The position numbers and the translations under genes were made by a program. 64,000 bases of DNA, from positions 96,001-160,000 of the forward strand of contig JBCCHT010000008.1 in assembly GCA_039028615.1 (NCBI GenBank), given 5' to 3'. Source of the DNA: Myxococcota bacterium. Lineage in GTDB: Bacteria; Myxococcota_A; Polyangia; Nannocystales; Nannocystaceae. The notes under the pieces are model-generated. The model was given only the letters and a program-made list of their open reading frames with translations. It searched no databases and was not told the DNA's origin. Each line of letters starts with the position of its first letter. Positions within the stretch are counted from its first letter, which is position 1. Positions 55,826 through 64,000 of this stretch are shown in pieces.

Positions 55826-56305
55826 TCAGTCGGTGCCGGGGCCCATCGCGTGCACTTCGGCCAGCGCCGCCATGACGGCTGCCTTGTCGCACTCGACGTC
55901 CTTGGATGCCATCTGCTCGGCGACCCAGTCCACCCCCAGGTCCTCCTTGTCGAAGACCTTGGTCAGCTGCTTGCTGCGGCCGAGCAGGAGCATGGTGGCG
56001 AGGAACGCCCGCACGGCCGTGCCCGCCAGGCCGCGCATGAGCATGATGTGGGCGAGGCCGAAGTCGAGCAGCGCGTCCTCGGTGAGCTTCGCCGACTCGG
56101 CCCGCACGTCGGCGGGGAAGGTCGGGGTCCCGCCCACCACGGTGTTGATGCCCCCGATCCCCTCGGGGTGCCGCTCGCGAAGCAGCATGAGCACCTTGCG
56201 ATAGTGCTGCATCTGCAGGACGCGAGGCGCGTCCCACCAGACCGCGAGGACGACGTTGCGATAGCTGGCCAGGCGCACTCGTGCGTCCGCGTAGTGCGAC
56301 TCCAT
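55826..56305 (-). CDS. Small hypothetical protein (STAS/SEC14-like myxobacterial family)
   Basis: 159-aa ORF with GAGG SD. NVVLAVWW, GLAGTAVRAFL, KVF..DLGVDW. Confidence 0.6.
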   Translation of the reverse strand: MESHYADARVRLASYRNVVLAVWWDAPRVLQMQHYRKVLMLLRERHPEGIGGINTVVGGTPTFPADVRAESAKLTEDALLDFGLAHIMLMRGLAGTAVRAFLATMLLLGRSKQLTKVFDKEDLGVDWVAEQMASKDVECDKAAVMAALAEVHAMGPGTD

Positions 56306-56350
56306 GCCTCGCTACCGTACCGCACGACGCATGCAGGGTCGAATACGCCC

Positions 56351-56394
56351 AACGAAACAACCCCCGCGGCCCGAAGGCAGCGGGGGTCGTTCGT
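56351..56394 (-). terminator. Intrinsic terminator-like hairpin
   Basis: ACCCCCGC...GCGGGGGT with a T-rich tail on the minus strand, just after the 56423 stop. Confidence 0.55.
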
Positions 56395-56422
56395 CCGGTG
56401 AACGTCGTGTTCAGGCTCGGGC

Positions 56423-59400
56423 TCAGGTGCCCGGGAAGGGCACGCACTCGAGCGGCGCCGGGCTGGGCTCGGCCAACCAGGTCAGGTCCGCCTGCATGCG
56501 GATCGAGCTGCCCGAAGCCACGTCACCGACGTTGACGGGGGCCACGCCTCCGGTCTCGTCGATGAGGCCGCTGTCGTTCGCGTCGCCGTAGATGACGGCG
56601 TCGATGGGCACGGTCCCCGCCCCCACGGAGGCCACGGGCACGCTGAACAGCGCGATGCCGTCGGCCGTCGCGCCCGAGTTCTGCATGTCCTGGTCGAGAT
56701 CCTCGGCCTGGTCGTAGGCCGGGCCCGCCGGGAAGCCGTTGTCGGCGTTGCCGCTGGGGCCACCCACCACGAAGCACGCGCCGTCGGGGATGACCCCGAC
56801 CAGATCGATGCCGCCGTAGGTGTAGTCGGTGCCGCCCCAGCCGAGGCTGTGACCGGTCAGGTCCACCGCGGCACCCGTGCCGTTGTAGAGCTTGACCCAC
56901 TCGAAGCCGTCGTCACCACCGGGGTGGTCGTAGTAGGCCTCGACGATGATGAGGTCGGTGAAGGCCGGCGCATCGATCACCGACACGGTGGCGTCACCGC
57001 TCTCGGCTCCGATGGAGGCAATCACCACCTCGTCGCCCGTGCAGGCGAGCGAGGTCACCGTGAACGGAGCGCTGAGCGCCCCCGCGGGCACGGTCACGTT
57101 GGGCGGCACGGTCACGCAGGTGCCCGGCGCCACCGCCAAGTCGACGAGCTGACCGCCGACCGGAGCCGGAAGGTTGAGCTGGACCGTCAAGTTGGCCATC
57201 TCCATCAACTGCATGTTGATGGCGGTGGGGTCGATGCTGGGGAAGCGCGTGTCCGCATCGTCGTAGACGACGACCGAGGTCACCAGCTGCACGCCGTTGA
57301 GCTCGGCGGTCACGTCGGCCGTGCCCACCGCGACGCCCGTGAGGACGACCGGGGTGGAGAGGGTGCCGTCGGCGATGGTGACGAACGCTGGTCCGGTCAC
57401 GATGCCCGGATCGGCGTAGGTCAGGTTGACCATCACGTCGCCCTGGGCGGGCGCGCTCAGCTCGGCCGCCAAGCCCGGGGTGGGCTCGGCCATGATGCCT
57501 TGCAGCAGGTAGCTCTCGGGCTGCCCGAAGCCCACCAGGCTGGCGGGGTAGTCCGCGATGCTGCGCGGCTCGAGCTTGGTGTACTGGTTGGCCCAGCGGG
57601 CGATGCCGATGATCTGGGAGTAGGTCTGGCCGTTCATGGGGAACGGGTCGGCCGCGTAGAACAGGTCGTTGACCCGCAGCCCGCCCATCACCTCGAACTC
57701 GTTCGTGCCGTCGTCACCGGGCCCCGGCGCGGGGTTGGTGTCGGTGACGGTGGCGCCGTTGACGACCACCAGCACGCCCTCGAGCTCGGCCTGGAGCGGG
57801 CCCATCTCGATGATGTCGGCGGGGGTGGTCACCTCGGGCACGGGCAGCTCGTTGCCCATCGACAGCAGGGTGGGCGCGGGCTCACCCGCGGCGTCGAGCT
57901 GGATCTGGCCGAAGAAGTCGTTGACCGTACCGCTCACGGTGAGGCGGTCGCCGACGTTCGGGACGAAGGCCCCCGCGGTGTAGATGTACATACCGCTGAA
58001 GTCGACGCCCATGTAGCCGGGGTCGTCGGGGTGGACCTGGACGAAGTAGCCGGGCGCATCCAGGGAGGAGGCGGTCACCAGCACGTCTTCGACGATCACC
58101 GCCTGGCCCGGCATGATGGTCCCGTCCTTGATCTCGTACAGCGACACGGGGCAGGCCCCGCCGCCGGGGTTCGGGACCATCGGGCAGGCGTCGCACGCAT
58201 CGCCCTGGCCGTCCTCGTCGGCGTCGTTCTGGTCGGCGTTCTCGTCGAGCAGGCAGTTGTCGGCGGGGTCTTCCACGCCGTCTCCGTCCTGGTCGAAGAT
58301 GTCCGGGACCTCGCAGTCTTCGCCCGGATCGAGCGGGCACAGGTCACATACGTCGCCGAGCCCGTCCGCGTCGTTGTCCCCCTGGATGTCGCCGTCGAGC
58401 GGCCGGATGGGGTTGAACACGGAGGGGCAGTTGTCGTCCGCATCGGCCACGCCGTCGCCGTCGGCATCGTCGGGTCCGCCGCGCTGGGGGAACTCGTCGG
58501 GCCGGGCCGGGTCGCAGCTCGGCTCGTCGTCGGGCGTGTCGCAAAAGAACAGCGGGTAGGCGGCGGCGTTGACCTCGGCCTGGATCTGACCGATCTGCAG
58601 GCCGGCGTCGCGCTCGGAGCACATGCGCTTGTCGACGCCGCACACGTCGAGGGTCTCGCACTGCTCGACCTCGGCCGGGTCGATCAGCGCCTCGATGACC
58701 GAAGCGTCGCCGTGCAGGGGCTGACCGCCGCGAAGCACGAGCGCCACGTCGCTGGGGTGGCCGTCGATGATCGCGCGATGGTCGGTGTTCTCCGAGCCGT
58801 CGAAGATCGCGATGTCGGCGATGTGCCCCTCCCGGAGCAGGCCGATCTGGTCGTCGGCGCCCTGCGACACCGCGGCCCAGTAGGTGGTCATGAGCCACAG
58901 CTCGGCGTCGGAGAACGCGTTGTCGAGGTGGTTGGCGTTGAACTCGGCCGCGCAGGCGAGCTCGCGCAGCACGTTCATCGAGCCGCTCGCCGTCCAGTCC
59001 GTGCCCAGGGCGATGCGCACGCCCAGGTTGCGGTAGGCGGTGATGTCGGCCGAGATGCCGTACAGGTCGATGTTGGAGCGTGGCGACCACACCAGCATGG
59101 CGCCCTCTTGGGCCATGACGTTGATGTCGGTCGGCCGCATGCCGATGCCGTGGATCACCGAGGTGTTGCCGGCGATGAGGTCCGTGCCGCCCGGGGCTCC
59201 CGACAGGCACGCGAACTCGTTGCGCGCCTCGTCGTTGATGCCCTCGGCGACGTGCGGCATGTACACGTCGTCGTTGAGGTTGAAGTCCCCGTCGATGAAG
59301 GGGTAGTCGCAGCCCATGGCGATCAGGTCGCCGCCCGCATCACCCAGGGGGAAGGTGCGGTAGTTGACGTCGACGCCCTCGAGGCCCTCGGTGACGTCGG

Positions 59401-60175
59401 CCCGGTCGAGGTTGCGCACCAGGCCAGAGGCGTTGGCCCCACCCACCGAACCGGTGAGGCTGGTGGCGCCGCCGAGCAGCATCCGCAGCTCGCCGTAGAG
59501 CACGCCCTCGCGGGAGCTGTCGGAGCCGGGGAAGGTGTTCAGCTCGGTGTGACCGTCGAGGCCGAGCCGCCAGTCGTGGCGGTGATCGTAGCGCTCGTCG
59601 GCGTGCCCCTGCGGCTGCGAGAGAGTGAAGGTGATGTGGTCGTGCGGGTTGATGAGCCCGGGCGAGATGACGCCCTGGTCGCAGGCCACGACGGTGGCGA
59701 CCCGGCCCTCGTCGGTGGCCGCACAGTCACAACCGACGCAGGTGATGCGCCCGTTGGGATCGGTGGTGTCGACCAGCACGCTGCCGTTTTCGTAGACGTC
59801 GAAGCCGGCCAGCACCGTGCCCTGCAGCAGCAGCGACGCGCTGCCCGGGGTGACCGCACAGACCTCGCCCTCGGGCGCCTTGGCCACCTCTTCGTCGCAG
59901 ACGATGTGTCGTCCGGGAGGCGGCGGGGGATCGGTATCGGACTCGGTCTCGGACTCCGTCTCGCCGTCGGTCGCCGTCGTGTCGACGGTCGTGTCCACGG
60001 TCGTGTCCAGCGACGTCGAGCCGTCGGTGGCGCTGCCCATCGGATCCGTGCCGGAGCCTGCCGTGGTCCCCGTGCCTTCGTCGACCGGAACCGGATCGGG
60101 GTCGGGACACCCGGTGAGGAGTAATAGACCAGTGATTGGCGCGAGCGCCCTGCGTAGGAAAGTCTCTGGTGGCAC
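56423..60175 (-). CDS. Large lipoprotein: deaminase-like amidohydrolase + thrombospondin type-3 repeats + OB-fold + Ig-like + lamin-tail domain
   Basis: Lipobox LTGC. PGLINPHDH, PHVAEG, IHG, ALGTDW. DADGDGVADADDNCP repeats. GYFVQ...VGDRLTVSGTVNDFFG. IIVEAYYD...EWVKLYN...VDL. Start uncertain. Confidence 0.85.
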   Translation of the reverse strand: MPPETFLRRALAPITGLLLLTGCPDPDPVPVDEGTGTTAGSGTDPMGSATDGSTSLDTTVDTTVDTTATDGETESETESDTDPPPPPGRHIVCDEEVAKAPEGEVCAVTPGSASLLLQGTVLAGFDVYENGSVLVDTTDPNGRITCVGCDCAATDEGRVATVVACDQGVISPGLINPHDHITFTLSQPQGHADERYDHRHDWRLGLDGHTELNTFPGSDSSREGVLYGELRMLLGGATSLTGSVGGANASGLVRNLDRADVTEGLEGVDVNYRTFPLGDAGGDLIAMGCDYPFIDGDFNLNDDVYMPHVAEGINDEARNEFACLSGAPGGTDLIAGNTSVIHGIGMRPTDINVMAQEGAMLVWSPRSNIDLYGISADITAYRNLGVRIALGTDWTASGSMNVLRELACAAEFNANHLDNAFSDAELWLMTTYWAAVSQGADDQIGLLREGHIADIAIFDGSENTDHRAIIDGHPSDVALVLRGGQPLHGDASVIEALIDPAEVEQCETLDVCGVDKRMCSERDAGLQIGQIQAEVNAAAYPLFFCDTPDDEPSCDPARPDEFPQRGGPDDADGDGVADADDNCPSVFNPIRPLDGDIQGDNDADGLGDVCDLCPLDPGEDCEVPDIFDQDGDGVEDPADNCLLDENADQNDADEDGQGDACDACPMVPNPGGGACPVSLYEIKDGTIMPGQAVIVEDVLVTASSLDAPGYFVQVHPDDPGYMGVDFSGMYIYTAGAFVPNVGDRLTVSGTVNDFFGQIQLDAAGEPAPTLLSMGNELPVPEVTTPADIIEMGPLQAELEGVLVVVNGATVTDTNPAPGPGDDGTNEFEVMGGLRVNDLFYAADPFPMNGQTYSQIIGIARWANQYTKLEPRSIADYPASLVGFGQPESYLLQGIMAEPTPGLAAELSAPAQGDVMVNLTYADPGIVTGPAFVTIADGTLSTPVVLTGVAVGTADVTAELNGVQLVTSVVVYDDADTRFPSIDPTAINMQLMEMANLTVQLNLPAPVGGQLVDLAVAPGTCVTVPPNVTVPAGALSAPFTVTSLACTGDEVVIASIGAESGDATVSVIDAPAFTDLIIVEAYYDHPGGDDGFEWVKLYNGTGAAVDLTGHSLGWGGTDYTYGGIDLVGVIPDGACFVVGGPSGNADNGFPAGPAYDQAEDLDQDMQNSGATADGIALFSVPVASVGAGTVPIDAVIYGDANDSGLIDETGGVAPVNVGDVASGSSIRMQADLTWLAEPSPAPLECVPFPGT

Positions 60176-60360
60176 GGCAACCCTTCGAAAAGTGCGGGCA
60201 CTAAAGGCCGGAGCTTGCCGGGCTGTCAAGGAGCGGAGGCACGGCGGGTCCAACGCGTGCGTGGACGCTCGTGCAAAGACCGAGATCGGGCCAGGTCACA
60301 CTCGGGTAACGCCGGCCAATCGTTGTCTAGAACCCCCACAAGGCCGTTACCATCGCTTCG

Positions 60361-61152
60361 ATGATGCAATCGCGTTGCGCCAGCACCTCGCCCGTCGGTC
60401 GACTTCGACTCGTTGCGCTCGTGGTGGGACTGCTGTCGTCCGCTGCGGCATGCGAACGATCGTCGAGTTCCGCTCCCGCCACCGTCCCGACCCTCGCCGA
60501 GCTCGACGCGGACGGAGACGTCAAGGCCTTGGGCAAGCGACTCATGGCGATCACCCCGGGCACCCACCGCCTCGATCGTCAGTCTCCAGATCCAACCAAA
60601 GTGATCATCGGCGTGCATGGTCACGGTAGCGAGGGCTACGAGTGGATCTATCCCTTGGAGCGGCTGGGCGAGACCAAGGCGCAGATCCATTTCCACCGTT
60701 GGGACTACGAACAGTGTCCCGGCCCGATGGCCGCAACCCTGGACACCAGCGTGGACTCACTGCTGAAGGCACAGCCCTCGATCGAGAGCCTGCAGATCGT
60801 CGCGCACAGTTATGGAGGTGTGGTCGCGGGGTTGGTCGCCGCCGACTATGACGGCCGCGTACCGCTCACGGTGGACATCGTCGCCTCGCCCTTGGCCGGG
60901 ATCCCGCAGCTCAATGCCCGCTGCGACTACGACGGCCCCAAGCCGCCCGCCGAGGGGGTGACCCTGCGGCAGTGGCGAATCCGGCAAGAGCTGGACGGGG
61001 CATTCCGCGACATGGATCCCGACCCACAGCTCGTCGATCTACCCGGCGAGGTCACCGAGCTTCCCGAGAGCTATCGCGGTCATCGACTCGGCCACAACTG
61101 GGCGATCTCGTGGGTCGCCGACCGAATCGGGGGCGACGACCCGCCGCCGTGA
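60361..61152 (+). CDS. Alpha/beta hydrolase lipoprotein
   Basis: AAAC lipobox, GVHG, VAHSYGG elbow, ASPLAG, LGHN. Confidence 0.75.
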   Translation: MMQSRCASTSPVGRLRLVALVVGLLSSAAACERSSSSAPATVPTLAELDADGDVKALGKRLMAITPGTHRLDRQSPDPTKVIIGVHGHGSEGYEWIYPLERLGETKAQIHFHRWDYEQCPGPMAATLDTSVDSLLKAQPSIESLQIVAHSYGGVVAGLVAADYDGRVPLTVDIVASPLAGIPQLNARCDYDGPKPPAEGVTLRQWRIRQELDGAFRDMDPDPQLVDLPGEVTELPESYRGHRLGHNWAISWVADRIGGDDPPP

Positions 61153-61318
61153 TCGACGGCAGCGGAACTTCGTGATCCCGGGCTCATGCTCGCGACGCGA
61201 ACCGTCGTGCAATCCCACACGTGGGCCCACGCCTCCCCACGTGCCCCGTTTCGACGCCTCATTGTCGCTTGCCCGGCGCCTGCGACCGCGCGATAAGCAG
61301 TGCGTCCAGAGGTTTAGG

Positions 61319-63622
61319 ATGCATCGTTCGACCAAGCTTTCCTTCTTGCTCTATGTGTGCCCGCTCGTCGCCTGCGGCGATGATGTCCCCGAAGTCCCGG
61401 ATGAATCCGGCACCACCGGCGACACGACGACCACCACCAACACCACGGTCACCGTCCCCACCACGGTGACGGACACCGACACCACCGAGGGCGCCACCGA
61501 CAGCATGGCGGACTCGACGGGCACCGCGGGGACCACCGAGGACGACGGCACCACCGACGGCACCACCGAGGACGACGGCACCACCGACGGCACCACCGAG
61601 GACGACGGCACCACCGACGGCACCACCGACAGGACGACCGAAGACAGCGGCACCACCGACGGCACCAGCACCACGAGCGGGACCACCAGCGGCACGACCA
61701 GCACCACCAGTGGCTCGAGCGGCGACACGTGTGGCGATGGCGTCGCCGACATGAGCGAGGACTGCGACGACACCGACCTGGCCGGTGCCACCTGCGGCAG
61801 CGAGGGCTTCGACGGCGGCACGCTCGGCTGCAACGCCGACTGCACCTTCGACACCTCCGCCTGCACCACCTGCGGCGACGACGTGGCCGAGGGCACCGAG
61901 ATCTGCGACGGCGCGGACCTGGCCGGCGCCACCTGTGCCAGCGAGGGCTTCGACGGGGGCGCCATCGATTGCGCCCCCGACTGCACGCTCGACACCTCCG
62001 CCTGCACCACCTGCGGTAACGGAATCGCCGAGGGCACCGAGGAGTGCGACGGCGCCGACGTGGGCATCAACACCTGCGCCGACCTCGGCATGGGCTTCAC
62101 GGGCGGCACGCTCGGCTGCGACGCCAGCTGCAACTTCGATCCTGGCGCCTGCACCTCGGTCCCCTGGCCCGGCATCGGCGAGGTCGTGATCACCGAGATC
62201 ATGCAGAACCCGTTCACCCTGGGCGACACCGACGGCGAGTTCTTCGAGCTGTACAACCCAACCATGGCGACCTACCAGCTCGCCAACTGCCTGTTCGAAG
62301 GCAGCACCGACACCGGCTTCTCCATCCCCGACGACCTGCAGATCGGCCCCCTGTCGTACCTCACGCTGGCCACCGACTCCATGGTCGACCAGGGCTTCGT
62401 GGCCGACTACCAGTGGGACGGCAGCGTCTTCGGGCTCAACAACGGCAACGACATCGTCCGCATCCTCTGCGGCGGCCTGCCGGTCGACATCGTCGAGTAC
62501 GACGACGGAGCCACGTTCCCCGACCCCAACGGGGCGAGCATGAACCTGAGCTTCGACATGTACGACGCGATGCTCAACGACATCGGCACCAACTGGTGTG
62601 AGAGCAACACCAGCTACAACGGCGACTTCGGCACCCCCGGTGCCGACAACATCATCTGTATGGCGCCGGTCACCTACAACATCGACTTCTGTCGGCTGCA
62701 GTTCCCCAACGTCGTCGACGACACCGAGGGCACCAGCGTCGACGCCTTCGGCCGGCTCTTCATCGCCGGGCTCACCGACATCAGCGGCGTCAACGATCCC
62801 GCGCCCGAGGTCTTCGGCTCGATCGGCTACGGCCCCGACGGCAGCGACCCCGCCGTGGACCCGGGCTGGGTGTGGAGCCCGACCACCCCGAACGCGTCCT
62901 ACGGCCCCGCCTCGCCCGGCTACGAGGCCAACAACGACGAGTATACGGGTACCTTCAACATCCCGAGCCCTCCGGGCAACTACGACTTCGCCTTCCGCTT
63001 CAGCGGCGACAGCGGGGCCACCTTCACCTACTGCGACGGTCAGCCCGAGGGTAGCTCCAACGGCTACGCCGCCGCCGATGCGGGCCAGATGACCTCGCAG
63101 CCGGGTGCTGCGCCCGCGAACCTGTACTTCAGCGAGTACATCGAGGGCAGCTCCAACAACAAGGCGCTCGAGATCTACAACGCCGATGCCGGCGACGCCG
63201 ACCTCACCGCGTGCGAGGTTCGGATCTACTTCGGTGCCAACATGGCCGCGGGCAACACGATCCCGCTGTCCGGGACGCTCGCCGCCGGCGATACCTTCCT
63301 AATCTGCGAGAACAACCTCGACGCCGGGCTCTTCGACCCCGCCAACTGCGACATCGCCGACAACGGTAGCTTCTATAACGGCGACGACAGCATCGAGCTG
63401 GTCTGCAGCAGCACCACCCTCGACGTCATCGGCCAGATCGGCACCGACCCCGGATCCGCATACACGGGCGGAGGCGTCAGCACCCAAAACCAGACCCTGC
63501 GACGCGACTGCTCGGTCACCACGGGTGACTCCAACGGCAGCGACATGTTCGATCCCTCGGTGGAGTGGAACGGCTTCATGACCGACGACTTCGCCGACTT
63601 CGGCACCTACGTCTGCCCGTAG
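61319..63622 (+). CDS. Lipoprotein with Thr-rich stalk, three Cys-rich repeats and two lamin-tail domains
   Basis: Lipobox LVAC. VVITEIMQNP...GEFFELYN...GTPGADN. FCRLQFP...NNDEY...YDFAFRFS. LYFSEYIEGSSNNKALEIYN. Confidence 0.88.
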   Translation: MHRSTKLSFLLYVCPLVACGDDVPEVPDESGTTGDTTTTTNTTVTVPTTVTDTDTTEGATDSMADSTGTAGTTEDDGTTDGTTEDDGTTDGTTEDDGTTDGTTDRTTEDSGTTDGTSTTSGTTSGTTSTTSGSSGDTCGDGVADMSEDCDDTDLAGATCGSEGFDGGTLGCNADCTFDTSACTTCGDDVAEGTEICDGADLAGATCASEGFDGGAIDCAPDCTLDTSACTTCGNGIAEGTEECDGADVGINTCADLGMGFTGGTLGCDASCNFDPGACTSVPWPGIGEVVITEIMQNPFTLGDTDGEFFELYNPTMATYQLANCLFEGSTDTGFSIPDDLQIGPLSYLTLATDSMVDQGFVADYQWDGSVFGLNNGNDIVRILCGGLPVDIVEYDDGATFPDPNGASMNLSFDMYDAMLNDIGTNWCESNTSYNGDFGTPGADNIICMAPVTYNIDFCRLQFPNVVDDTEGTSVDAFGRLFIAGLTDISGVNDPAPEVFGSIGYGPDGSDPAVDPGWVWSPTTPNASYGPASPGYEANNDEYTGTFNIPSPPGNYDFAFRFSGDSGATFTYCDGQPEGSSNGYAAADAGQMTSQPGAAPANLYFSEYIEGSSNNKALEIYNADAGDADLTACEVRIYFGANMAAGNTIPLSGTLAAGDTFLICENNLDAGLFDPANCDIADNGSFYNGDDSIELVCSSTTLDVIGQIGTDPGSAYTGGGVSTQNQTLRRDCSVTTGDSNGSDMFDPSVEWNGFMTDDFADFGTYVCP
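61532..61629 (+). repeat. Perfect 30-bp tandem repeat x3 (TTEDDGTTDG)
   Basis: ACCACCGAGGACGACGGCACCACCGACGGC at 61532, 61562 and 61592, followed by a degenerate copy. Confidence 0.92.
61729..62155 (+). repeat. Three ~47-aa Cys-rich coding repeats
   Basis: CG(D/N)..A.G.E.CD..DLAGATC.SEGFDGG...C..DC..DTSAC, three copies. Confidence 0.85.
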
Positions 63623-63649
63623 CCCCGCTCACCCTCGGGTGAATTCAGT

Positions 63650-63690
63650 CGGCCCGCATCGCGCTTCGCGATGCGGGCCGTCGTACGTTT
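63650..63690 (+). terminator. Terminator-like hairpin
   Basis: 14-bp perfect stem CGGCCCGCATCGCG-ctt-CGCGATGCGGGCCG with a weak T tail. Confidence 0.65.
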
Positions 63691-63863
63691 CAGCCCATGC
63701 GAATCCTGCGCGGATTCGGCTTCGACCCACCTCGCAACAATTGACCATGGGCCCCGAAACCGCCACGCACGGCCACGGGCGGTTCTCTCGGCCCAATCAG
63801 CGCCGTACATCCGACCCGAGGCCCACGCTCGACTCACCCGCCTCGATCGCCTACCTTCCGCAT

Positions 63864-64000
63864 ATGGATTGGTTTGATACTAGGTTGAGTATTCTGTGCA
63901 CGGCCGCCCTATTGGCCCTAGCGTGCGCCGGAGATGACAGTGCCGCCGATGCTGGAGCAGACGACGGTGCCACCACCCAGGGCGCCACCACCGAGCCCAC
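63864..64000 (+). CDS. Probable lipoprotein, 5' part only
   Basis: Translated by hand: MDWFDTRLSILCTAALLALAC-AGDDSAADAGADDGATTQG, open to the window edge. Confidence 0.55.
   Translation, partial: MDWFDTRLSILCTAALLALACAGDDSAADAGADDGATTQGATTEP

Noticed and set aside
61532..61660. 30-bp repeats as a CRISPR array
   Set aside because: Head-to-tail with no spacers, in frame within a CDS, and no cas genes.

Overview
High-GC (about 70% by eye) bacterial chromosomal DNA. It looks like a Nannocystaceae-type myxobacterium, inferred from a MYXO-CTERM tail, an AgmX/PglI-type domain and about 21 predicted lipoproteins, many with Ser/Thr/Gly/Asp stalks and Cys-rich heads. I call about 44 CDSs. Recognisable genes are lysA (truncated at the left edge), orn, an SNF2/SWIM helicase, an RsmC-like methyltransferase, an ECF sigma cassette, a TetR regulator, four amidohydrolase-superfamily enzymes and a trypsin-like protease. 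I saw no tRNA, rRNA, CRISPR array, transposase or integrase. The most notable items are: (1) a splicease-like radical SAM/SPASM enzyme directly behind a zinc-ribbon lipoprotein whose lipobox Cys is followed by YGAP; (2) an AbiEii/MenT-like nucleotidyltransferase coupled to orn with no antitoxin gene visible; (3) an unannotated ~350-nt intergenic element with an extended -10, a 5'-3' closing stem, many hairpins and an SD-sequestered 20-codon ORF; (4) a lone low-GC HEPN-motif gene; (5) duplicated beta-barrel genes divergent from a DUF1549-like/DUF1501/dihaem cytochrome c operon; (6) a four-gene membrane operon with a sphingomyelin-synthase-like enzyme and a cNMP-CPBP protease fusion. All family assignments come from motif recognition by eye, and no database searches were run.
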